Of a DNA stretch of 64,000 bases, positions 1-10,821 are shown piece by piece. Within the stretch, counting starts at the first letter, position 1. Every line of letters begins with the position of its first letter. The notes below the pieces were generated by a model that did no database searches, was not told the DNA's origin, and saw only the letters and a list, made by a program, of their open reading frames with translations. The stretch lies in NCBI RefSeq assembly GCF_018350175.1, contig NC_058368.1, positions 125,986,001 through 126,050,000 of the forward strand. The letters are read 5' to 3'. The translations under genes and the position numbers were made by a program. The stretch is from Felis catus. Taxonomy: Eukaryota.

Positions 1-302
1 TATAGAGAAAACAAAGTATGCTATTCAGTTGGTGGTTTCTGTGCTCTTGTGCTAGAGGAGATTAGCTGCTGCTTTGTTATGAACATGTACATTAACCATA
101 AATAGCAAGTCATAAGTGTAGACAATATGGTAGTATAAACACCATGGGTTGTCAACTGGACTAGGAAGGAATTTAATTCTCATTGGAGTCTTGAGTACAG
201 TTTCCCTGGCCTTTATCCCCATGTAGCATCTCTTTTGCTGAAATTCAGGTTTGTTGCAGAGTAACATGCACTGTCTTAACCAGTCTGGTCCAAAGCAGAA
301 CA

Positions 303-787
303 TGACAGGTAGAATATGCCGCCCCCAAAAATGCCACTTTGGCAAATGGATTATTTTGAGCTGTAGGTACTTGGAAAATAGCAAATGCAGTAAAAAGCTT
401 ATTCTAAACTCTGTCATCTGCCTAAAGACAAATCCTCCAAAAAGAAATCACTTGTCACGAATCTCCTCCCTCATAATTTCATCAACCAGGGAGGATGGAC
501 TCTTGGTCATGGGAGAAGAGAAATCAAGTCCACATCACATCTAGACAAGTGTCACAAACTATCACACCTTCCATCTACTAAGGAGCTATTCATCATTTCT
601 AAAAATCGTTTACTGTCCCCGAAGATCCCTCCACCCCTATTAAGATGATCCTTAAGCCTGCATTCTAAGTCACTTGGGGAGGTATACAGATGAATAAACT
701 TCTGTTTATTTTTCTTCCATTAATCTTTTCTTGCAAGGGTCTCAGCTAAGACTTCAGAAGTCTGGAGGGAAAAGTATTCAAATGTAT
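303..787 (+). mobile_element. Solo ERV1-class LTR, MER34/MER39-like
   Basis: Starts with AGAATATGCCGCCCCCAAAAATGCCACTTTGGC..GGATTATTTTGAGCTG, resembling the recalled MER34 5' end; AATAAA at ~693; boundaries approximate. Confidence 0.65.
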
Positions 788-980
788 AACTAATCTTGCT
801 CAGAGGAGCTGTGAACATCAGTGCTTAATGTGGTGTTGAGGACCACCCTCAAGAATAATTCTTGATATTCTCACTTTATGCCCATCCTCTCTCTTTTCAG
901 CTCACTTTATGGTCAATCATGTCTACAGGCACTGTATTTGGGTCTCTGAGCCTCCACTCATTACAAATAAGAAGCACTCT

Positions 981-1150
981 GGTGTGCCTCGGTGGCTCAG
1001 TCAATTAAGCATCCAACTCTAGATTTTGACTCAGGTCATGGTCTCATGGTTCATGAGATTGAGCCCTGCTTCAGGCTCAGCACAACAGTGCAGAGCTTAT
1101 TTGGGATTCTTTCTCTTTCTTGGTCACTGCCTCTACCCTCACATGTTCTT
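981..1150 (+). mobile_element. Can-SINE (older, degenerate)
   Basis: GGTGGCTCAGTC A-box head, TCAGGTCATG..GAGCCC body, CT-rich linker. Confidence 0.85.
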
Positions 1151-1604
1151 TTCTTTGCAAACCTTATATCCTTAGGACTCAGATGTCTGGACTTAGAACC
1201 TTCTTCCCTGCATTCTTTCTAACATGGTACTCTCCATATTTCTTTAGTTCATTGCCCGATAATAAGATGATCCCTTGTGATAAAACTGGATCCAGTATCT
1301 ACTCAGAAGCATTTTCGTCTGTTCTGCCCATCCCTGTGCTTAGCTTTGTTTTGATAAACACTTTGCCTGCTCCTGAACAGTTAAATACAGGTATTTTAAT
1401 TCCTAATCTAGTTATTACACTTGATCAAATTCTCCCTACTTAGTGTGTCTGCCACTTAAAATCTCTTTTTTTTTTTTATCTTTGCCATATTTCACCAGGT
1501 TTTAACTTTTTCATCTTATCAGTAGATAGGGGTTACATGGGCTTCAGAATCACATTACTTAGTCATCTTTGGACTGCAAGATGTTGTTAGTCAAATTGTA
1601 GGCT

Positions 1605-1807
1605 GGGGCGCCTGGGTGGCGCAGTCGGTTAAGCGTCCGACTTCAGCCAGGTCACGATCTCGCGGTCTGTGAGTTCGAGCCCTGCGTCAGGCTCTGGGCT
1701 GATGGCTCAGAGCCTGGAGCCTGTTTCCGATTCTGTGTCTCCCTCTCTCTCTGCCCCTCCCCCGTTCGTGCTCTGTCTCTCTCTGTCCCAAAAATAAATA
1801 AACGTTG
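1605..1807 (+). mobile_element. Young felid Can-SINE (SINEC_Fc type)
   Basis: GGGGCGCCTGGGTGGCGCAGTCGG head, CpG-rich; TSD AAATTGTAGGC at 1593-1603 and 1808-1818. Confidence 0.97.
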
Positions 1808-3089
1808 AAATTGTAGGCGTGGGGAAGAAAGCTTTCTGTACTATTGAGATAGCTGGCTACCTTTTGTTTTTTTTACTCTGTGTATAGATGGGGTATGTGT
1901 ACTCACTCGGTAGCTACTGTGAACTTCCACAGAGCCCTACCAGCATCGCCAGTCCAATTAAAATCTCAATAATTTCTCCTCTGCTCTTTCCTTTTGGCAG
2001 ACATCATACTCTTTATAGGATTCTCAAATCCTGCTTGTTAATGCATATTTTTATGTACAGCAGAGTTTTAGAGATTTTTTTAACTGTAGTATTCACCTGG
2101 TGCCAAGATTATGACAGGACCTATAAAACCTTAGCATCCAGACATCTGAGCCTTCTAATATCTCTCAAAAGGAACCAGCTTGATTTATTTTGTTGGCAAC
2201 ATATTATTCTTTTCCACCGCCACCTTAATTAAGAGTCTAATTGTATAACACATTTATGTAGACAGTAAAGTCTTCTAAAAATGTGAAGAAATCCACGAGA
2301 CCCTCTCTTTACAAAATTTAAAGGGTATATATAGAGGTAATACTTTGCATACAATTTCCAGGGGAATGCTAGCTTGGGATAAGGGAGTGGGCACAATGGA
2401 TGTTGGTGGATTATTTCTCCTTTATAAGACTAAACGCATTTTGAGAGGTGTGGGCACCACTGTCATCACCTCCAGCCACACAGGAAGCTGACAGAAGAAA
2501 TAATGGCATGTGGTGAGGGTGGGGAGGTATAAGATGTAAACTTCAGCTAGAAATTCTCATTCTGCACTTATATTCCATTCCCTCAAGGGTCAGTTGCTAT
2601 ATTCACAGCCAAAGCTCCTGATGGCATTTGGTTTCCTGGTAAAGTCAGAAAGATGTACTTGGCATTTGCTGAGCACAAACAGCATACCAGTGTCTGCTGG
2701 CCAGATCAATAGATCCATAACCATGTGAGAAACGTGAATGCATTTTTGTAGAGGGTGCAGCTGTGGGCCTGGAAAATTTCCAGTGTCAGCAATAAGAAAG
2801 CAAAAGAAAGTGGTTAGAGAAGGACCAGTCTGGCTCGATCATCACCCAAGCTTATCAAAGAGATCCCTTTCACTTTCAAGGAAAGTTCAGGTCTGTAATT
2901 CCTTATCTATGGGTCATTCCTTTTGTAGGAGTTGACATGGTATATAATTCTTTTCTAGGAAGTTCCCCAGAGGTGTTTTCTGAGTATACTTTTGAATTCT
3001 GTTAAAGAAATGTCTGTCCGTGCAAATAGAAGTGGCCTCTCTCTTGTCTTAATTTCTAGAGAGATCAACTGTAGGGTAAAATCATGTTT

Positions 3090-3190
3090 TTCATTGATTT
3101 ATTCATTCAACAAACATATTGACTAAATATAGGATAGGCCATGAAGAATGCAACATATTCCCTGCTGTAAGGGAGCTTGCAGTCTGGTGA
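3090..3190 (-). mobile_element. L2 3' end fragment
   Basis: ATTCATTCAACAAACATATTGA..CCCTGC..AGGGAGCTTGCAGTCTGG, typical reverse-complement L2 tail. Confidence 0.55.
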
Positions 3191-3763
3191 TCACGACCCT
3201 TATAACCTCTTGTAGAAACTTTGAGGTTGGCTACTTATCCCACAGATATAGCTCATATGAAACCCAATACCTCAATCATATCTCTCATTACAATTACTAA
3301 TAAATTCTTATAAGTATCTATAATACATACTTCTGTGTGCAGAGTTTTGGTATATTTGAAACACTCATTTCTTCTGAAAGTTCCAAGAGTTTTGACAATG
3401 TAAAAAGTGTTTGTAAATTGAACTTCAATGTTAAAAACTAGGTAAACTTGAGTGGAATGTATACACATAATGTAATAATGCATAGAAATATCCATTCATT
3501 TGAAACAAGTCAAAGGTTGACTACTGTCTATGTAAAGACAAACATCTCCCATTCTAAACAGGCTGGCCCTTTATCACTAAGTGCTATCTGGGCAGGAGGT
3601 TGACATGGAAGAAAGTCATACCATTCCTTTGTAAATCAGACACTTTTCATCTATTTCTGATGAGTAGATGGAATAAGGATGAGAGAAACACACACATACA
3701 CACTCACAAACACAGAATAATGAAAATTTCAAGATAACAGAAGTTGGGTAAAAAGAAAGGTTA

Positions 3764-3950
3764 GAGGCACCTGGGTGGCTTATTCGGTTAAGGGTTTGCC
3801 TCTTAATATTGGCTTAGGTCATGATCTCAACATTCCTGAGATCTAGCCCCGTGTCTGGCTCAGCACCAACAGCACAGAGCCTGCTTGGGATTCTCCATCT
3901 CGCTCTCTCTCTGCTCCTCCCCACCCTCAAGATAAATAAGTACATTTAAA
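3764..3950 (+). mobile_element. Can-SINE (older)
   Basis: GAGGCACCTGGGTGGCT head, CT linker, A-rich tail; probable TSD AAAAAGAAAGGTTA/AAAAAAGGGTTA. Confidence 0.9.
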
Positions 3951-4468
3951 AAAGGGTTATATAAAATATTCAGTAGAAGTCAAATGCGTACCCTATTGAT
4001 GCCTTATTATAATTCTCAATATTGTCAGTATTCACACATTACCAAAAATCCAGTGAAAGTTTTTCTGAATTTCAAGATTTTTTTCCTTTCTCTTTATTTA
4101 TTTATTAAATTTATATCCATGTTAGCTAGCATATTGTGCAACAATGATTTCAGGAGTAGATTCCTTAATGTCCCTTACCCATTTAGCCCATCCTCCCTCC
4201 CACAACCCTTCCAGTAAACCTTTGTTTGTTCTCCATATTTAAGAGTCTCTTATGTTTTGTCCCCTTCCCTGTTTTTATATTATTTTTGCTTCCCTTCAGT
4301 CATCTGTTTTTGTATCTTAAAGTCCTCATATGAGTGATCATTGTCTTTCCCTGAGTAATATTGCTTAGCATAATACCCTCTAGTTCCATCCATGTAGTTA
4401 CGAATGGCAAGATTTCATTCTTTTGATTGCCAAGTAATACTCCATTGATTGCCGAGTGATACCACAGT

Positions 4469-4472
<4 letters not shown>

Positions 4473-4514
<42 letters not shown>
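4473..4514. repeat. (TG)n microsatellite inside the outer L1
   Basis: Directly visible TG run. Confidence 0.98.
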
Positions 4515-4517
<3 letters not shown>

Positions 4518-4866
4518 CACATCTTCTTTATCCATTCATCCATCGGTGGAAATTTGAGCTCTTTCCATACTTCAGCTATTGTTATAGCACTGCTATAAAC
4601 ATTGGGGTGTATGTGCCCCTTTGGGGTTTTTTTTTTGTTTTTTTTTAATTTTTTGGTTTTTTTATATGAAATTTATTGTCAAATTGGTTTCCATACAACA
4701 CCCAGTGCTCATCCCAAAAGGTGCCCTCCTCAATACCCATCACCCACCCTCCCCATCAACCATCAGTTTGTTCTCAGTTTTTAAAAATCTCTTATGCTTT
4801 GGCTCTCTCCCTCTCTAACCTCTTTTTATTTTCCTTCCCCTCCCCCACAGACTTCTGTTAAGTTTC

Positions 4867-7789
4867 TCAGGATCCACGTAAAAGTGAAAACATACGGTAT
4901 CTGTCTGTCTCTGTACGAGTTATTTCACTTAACATAACACTCTCCAATTCCATCCACATTGCCATATTCCATTCTTTCCCATTGCCATGTAGTATTCCAT
5001 TGTGTATATAAACCATAATTTCTTTATCCATTCGTCAGTTGATTGACATTTAGGCTCTTTCTGTAATTTGGCTATTGTTGAAAGTGCTGCTATAAACATT
5101 GGGGTACAAGTGCCCTTATGCATCAGCACTCCTGTATCCCTTGGGTAAATTCCTAGCAGTGCTATTGCTGGGTCATAGGGTAGGTATATTTTTAATTTTT
5201 TGAGGAACCTCTACACTGTTTTCCAGAGTGGCTGCAACAGTTTGCATTCCCACCAACAGTGCAAGAGGGTTCCCATTTCTCCACATCCTTTCTAGCATCT
5301 ATAGTCTCCTGATTTGTTCATTTTGGCCCCTCTGACTGGCGTGAGGTGATATCTGAGTGTGGTTTTGATTTGTATTTCCCTGATGAGGAGAGATGTTGAG
5401 CATCTTTTCATGTGCTTGTTGGCCATCGGGATGTCCTTCTTTAGAGAAGTGTCTATTCATGTTTTCTGCCCATTTCTTCACTGGATTATTTGTTTCTTGG
5501 ATGTGGAGTTTGGTGAGCTCTTTATAGATTTTGGATACTAGAGCCCTTTGTCTGATATGTCATTTGCAGATATCTTTTCCCATTCCGTTGGTTGCCTTTT
5601 ACTTTTGTTGATTATTTCCTTTGTTGTGCAGAAGCTTTTTATCTTCATGAGGTCCCAATAGTTCATTTTTGCTTTTAATTCCCTTGCCTTTGGGGATGTG
5701 TCAAGTAAGAAATTGCTGCAGCTGAGGTCAGAGAGATTTTTCCTGCTTTCTCCTCTAGGGTTTTGATGGTTTCCTGTCTCACATTCAGGTCCTTTATCCA
5801 TTTTGAGTTTATTTTTGTGAATGGTGTAAGAAAGTGGTCTAGTTTCATCCATCTGCATATTGCTGTCTAGTTCTCCCAGCACCATTTGTTAAAGAGACTG
5901 TCTTTTTTCCATTGGATATTCTTTCCTGCTTTGTCAAAGACTAGTTGGACATACTTTTGTGGGTCTAGTTCTGGGGTTTCTATTCTATTCCATTGGTCTA
6001 TGTGTCTGTTTTTGTGCCAATACCATGCTGTCTTGATGATGACAGCTTTGTAGTAGAGGCTAAAGTCTGGGATTGTGATGCCTCCTGCTTTGGTCTTCTT
6101 CTTCAAAATTCCTTTGGCTATTCGGGGTCTTTTATGGTTCCATACAAATTTTAGGATTGCTTGTTGTAGCTTTGAGAAGAATGCTGGTGCAATTTTGATT
6201 GGGATTGCATTGAATGTGTAGATAGCTTTGGGTAGTATTGACATTTTAACAATATTTATTCTTCCAATCCATGAGCACAGAATGTTTTTCCATTTCTTTA
6301 TATCATCTTCAATTTCCTTCATAAGCTTTCTATAGTTTTCAGCATACAGATCTTTTACATTTTTGGTTAGGTTTATTCCTAGGTATTTTATGCTTCTTGG
6401 TGCAATTGTGGATTGGATCAGTTTCTTTATTTGTCTTTCTGTTGCTTCATTATTACTGTATAAGAATGCAACTGGTTTCTGTAGATTGATTTTGTATCCT
6501 GCGACATTGCTGAATTCATGTATCAGTTCTAGCAGACTTTTGGTGGAGTCTATCGGATTTTCCATGTATAATATCATGTCATCTGCAAAAAATGAAAGCT
6601 TAACTTCATCTTTGCCAATTTTGATGCCTAACTTCATCTTTGCCAATTTTGATGCCTTTGATTTCCTTTTGTTGTCTGATTGCTGATGCTAGAACTTCTA
6701 ACACTGTGTTAAACAACAGCGGTGAGAGTGGATATCCCTGTCGCGTTCCTGATCTCAGGGAGAAAGCTCTCAGTTTTTCCCCATTGAGAATGATATTAGT
6801 TGTGGGCTTTTCATAAATGGCTTTTATGAGGTTTAAGTATGTTCCTGTTAGATTTTGTATTTGGGATTTTTCTTGTTTCTTGAGACAGGCCTGGATTGCA
6901 ATGTATTTTCCTCTCAGGACTGCCTTCGCTGCATCCCAAAGCATTTGGATTGTTTAATTTTCATTTTCATTTTTTTCCATATATTTCTTAATTTCTTCTC
7001 TAATTGCCTGGTTGACCCATTAATTCTTTAGTAGAGTGTTCTTCAACCTCCATGCTTTTGGAGGTTTTCCAGACTTTTTCCTGTGGTTGATTTCAAGCAC
7101 CATAGCATTGTGGTCTGAAAGTATGCATGGTATGATCTCAATTCTTGTATACTTATGAAGGGCTGTTTTGTGACTCAGTATGTGATCTATCTTGGAGAAT
7201 GTTCCATGTGCACTCAAGAAGAAAGTATATTCTGTTGCTTTGGGATGCAGAGTTCTAAATATATCTGTCAAGTCCATCTGATCCAATGTATCATTCAGGG
7301 CCCCTGTTTCTTTATTGATCCTGTGTCTAGATCATCTATCCATTGTTGTAAGTAGAGTGTTAAAGTCCCCTGCAATTACCACATTCTTATCAATAAGGTT
7401 GCTTATGTTTGTGATTAATATTTTTATATATTTGTGTGCTCCCATATTTGGCACATAGACATGTATAATTGTTAGCTCTTCTTGATGGCTAGACCCTGTA
7501 ATGATTATATAACGCCCTTCTTCATCTCTTGTTACAGCCTTTAATTTAAAATCTAGTTTGTCTGATATAAGTATGGCTACTCCAGCTTTCTTTTGACTGC
7601 ATGATAGATAGTTCTCCATCCCCTTATTTTCAGTCTGAAGGTGTACTCACTTCTAAAATGAGTGTCTTGTAGACAGCAAATAGATGGGTCTTGTTTTTTT
7701 ATCCATTCTGATACCCTATGTCTTTTGGTTGGAGCATTTAGTTCATTTACATTCAACGTTATTATAGATAGATGTGGGTTTAGTGTCAT
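4867..7789 (-). pseudogene. Inner L1 ORF2 (endonuclease/RT), disrupted
   Basis: MTLNPHLSIITLNVNELNAP..CCLQDTH (EN), [27 protein letters not shown] motifs spread over several frames; frameshifts and a ~0.9-kb deletion. Confidence 0.95.
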
Positions 7790-7852
7790 TGTGATGTCTG
7801 TAGGTTTCATGCTTGTAGTGATGTCTCTGGTACCTTGTCTCACAGGATCCTC

Positions 7853-8738
7853 CTTAGGATCTCTTTTAGGGCTGGTTTAGTGGTGACGAATTCTTTCAGT
7901 TTCTTTCAGTTTGTTTGGGAAGACATTTATCTCTCCTTCTATTCTAAATGACAGACTTGCTGGATAAAGGATTCTTGGCTTCATGGTTTTTCTGTTCATC
8001 ACATTGAAGATCTCCTGCCATTCCTTTCTGGCCTGCCGAGTTTCAGTAGAGAGATCGGTCACGAATCTTATAGGTCTCCCTTTATATGTTAGAGCACGTT
8101 TATCTCTAGCTGCTTTCAGAATTTTCTCTTTATCCTTGTATTTTGCCAGTTTCACTATGATATGTCATGCAGAAGATCGATTCAAGTTACGTCTGAAGGG
8201 AGTTCTCTGTGCCTCTTGGATTTCAATGCCTTTTTCCTTCCTCAGATCAGGGAAGTTCTCAGCTATGATTTCTTCAAGTACACCTTCAGCACCTTTCCCT
8301 CTCTCTGCCTCCTCTGGAATCCCAATTATGCGTATGTTATTGTGTTTAATTGTGTCACTTAGTTCTCTAATTCTCCCCTCATATTCCTGGATATTTTCAT
8401 ATCTCTTTTTGTCAGCTTCATCTTTTTCCATAATTTCATTTTCTAATTCACCTATTCTCTCCTCTGCCTCTTCAATCCGAGCTGTGGTCGCCTCCGTTTT
8501 ATTTTGCAGCTCATTTATAGCATTTTTTAAGCTCCTTCTGACTGTTTCTTAGTCTCTTGATCTCTGTAGTAATAGATTCTCTGCTGTTCTCTATACTTTT
8601 TTGAAGCCCAGTGTTTATTTTTATGACTATTATTTTAAATTCATTTTCTGTTACATTGCTTAAAACATTTTTGATCAGTTCGTTAGCTGTCGCCACTTCC
8701 TGGAGTTTATTTTGAGGAGAATTCTTCCGTTTTGTCAT
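7853..8738 (-). pseudogene. Inner L1 ORF1, disrupted
   Basis: MTKRKNSPQ.., NNIRIIGIPEE, IIAENFPDL, ARKEW, PRILYPASLSF motifs across frameshifted ORFs. Confidence 0.92.
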
Positions 8739-10298
8739 TTTGGTTAGTCCCTGGAGTGGCACAGAACTTCAGGGCTCTTCCCCTGTGCTGTCTGGAGTAA
8801 CTTGCTTTGGTGGACGGGGCCGCAGTCAGTCCTGATGTCTGCCACCAGCCCACCGCTGGGGCCACAGTCAGACTGGTGTGTACCTTATCTTCCCTTCTTC
8901 CAGGGGCAGGACTCACTGTGGAATGGTGTGGCTCCTGTCTGGGCTACTTGCACACTGCCAGGCTTGTGGTGCTGCTTCTATTGGAGCTGGCGTGTTAGCC
9001 GGGGTGGATCTGCGAGGTGCACAGGGGCGGGAGGGGCAGACTCAGCTTGCTTTGCCTTCAGTGACCCGCTTCCCAAGGGCCCTATGGCACTGGGAGGGAG
9101 GCAGACCCGTCAGAGGGATGTATCCACAGAAGCACAGCGTTGGGTATTTGCATGGTCCTAGTAAGTTCCCTAATGGAACTGGTTCCCTTTGGGATTTTGG
9201 CTATGGGGTGGGCAAGGGAGACAGCACTGGCAAGCATCTATGTTCCCCGCCAAGCTGAGCTCTGTCCTCTGGGGCTCAACAGCTCTCCCTCCCATTGTCC
9301 TCTAGCCCTCCCACTCTCAGAGCAGAGCTGTTGACTTATAACATTCCAGATGTTAAGTCCCACTGGCTGTCAAAACACACTCCATCCGGCCCCTCCGCTT
9401 TTGCAAGCCAGACTTGGGGGTTCTGCCTTGCCAGGTGGGCTGCCCCTCTGCTGCCCCAGCTCCCTCCCACCAGTCTGCATAGTGCCCACTGCCTCTCCAC
9501 CCTTCCTACCCTCTTCTGTGGGCCTCTTGTCTACGCTTGGCTCCAGAGAGTCTGTTCTGCTCTGTATATGCCCCTTTGAAACAGCACACCTGTATCCTTT
9601 GGATAGATACCCAGTAGTGCAATTGTTGGGTTGTAGGGTAGTTCTATTAATTTTTTGAGAAACCTCCATACTGTTTTCCAGAGTGGCTGCACCAGTTTGC
9701 ATTCCCACCAGCTGTGCAAAAGAGATCCTCTTTCTCCACATCCTCGCCAACATCTGTTGTTGCCTGAGTTGTTAATGTTAGCCATGCTGACAGGTGTGAG
9801 GTGGTATCTCATTGTAGTTTTGATTTGTATTTCCCTGATTATGAGTGATGTTGAGCATTTTCTCATGTGTTGGTTGGCCATCTGGATGTCTTCTTTGGAG
9901 AAGTGTCTATTCATGTCTTTTTCCCATTCCTTCACTGGATTATTGCTTTTTGGGTGTTGATTTTGGTAAGTTCTTTATAGATTTTGGATACTAACCTTTT
10001 ATCTGATATGTCATTTGCAAGTATCTTCTCCCATTCCATCACTTGTGTTTTAGATTTGCTAATTGTTTCCTTCGCTGTGCAGAAGATTTTTATTTTCATG
10101 AGGTCCCAATGGTTCATTTTTGCTTTTGTTTCCCTTGCCTCTGGAGACGTGTTGAGTAAGAAGTTTCTGCGGCCAAGGTCAAAGAGGTTTTTTCCTGCTT
10201 TCTCCTCGAGGATTTGGATGACATCCTGTCTTACGTTTAGACCATTCATCCATATTGAGTTTATTTTAGTGTATGGTGTAAGAAAGTCGTCCAGATTA

Positions 10299-10498
10299 GG
10301 GGTGCATGGGTGGATCAGTTGGTAAGCGTCCAACTTTGGCTCAGGTCATGATCTCATGGTTCGTCAGTTCGAGCCCCGCATCGGGCTCTGTGCTGACAGC
10401 TCAGAGCCTGGAGCCTACTTCAGATTCTGTCTCCCCCTCTCTCTGCTCCTCCCCTACTCACACTCTGTCTCTCTGTCAAAAATAAACATTAAAAAAAA
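10299..10498 (+). mobile_element. Felid Can-SINE inserted in outer L1 ORF2
   Basis: SINE head/body/tail; imperfect TSD AAAGTCGTCCAGATT / AAAGTGGTCCAGTTT. Confidence 0.95.
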
Positions 10499-10589
10499 AG
10501 TGGTCCAGTTTTATTTTTCTGCACGTCATTGACCAGTTTCCCCAGCACCACTTGCTGAAGCCACTGTCTTTATTCTATTGGATATTCTT

Positions 10590-10821
10590 TTTTTTTATTT
10601 TTTTTTAAATTTTTTTTTCAACGTTTATTTATTTTTGGGACAGAGAGAGACAGAGCATGAACGGGGGTGGAGCAGAGAGAGAGGGAGACACAGAATCGGA
10701 AACAGTCTCCAGGCTCTGAGCCATCAGCCCAGAGCCTGACACGGGGCTCGAACTCACGGACCTCGAGATCGTGACCTGGCTGAAGTCGGACGCCTAACCG
10801 ACTGCGCCACCCAGGCGCCCC
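10590..10821 (-). mobile_element. Young SINEC_Fc-type SINE inserted in outer L1 ORF2
   Basis: Perfect 19-bp TSD TATTCTATTGGATATTCTT at 10571-10589 and 10822-10840. Confidence 0.97.

Larger units (their letters stand above)
4624..9562 (-). mobile_element. Nested felid LINE-1 (inner, younger), near full length with an internal ORF2 deletion
   Basis: TSD TGTATGTGCCCCTTTG (4608-4623) / TGTATATGCCCCTTTG (9563-9578); poly-T at ~4627-4662; ORF2, ORF1 and a GC-rich 5'UTR present. Confidence 0.95.

Noticed and set aside
6363..6686. Plus-strand ORFs over L1 (also 7983, 9655, 11501, 63223)
   Set aside because: Antisense frames of L1 ORF1/ORF2 with no independent coding evidence.
8800..9560. GC-rich stretch with many overlapping ORFs resembling a promoter or first exon
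   Set aside because: Lies inside the inner L1's TSDs, upstream of ORF1; it is the L1 5'UTR.
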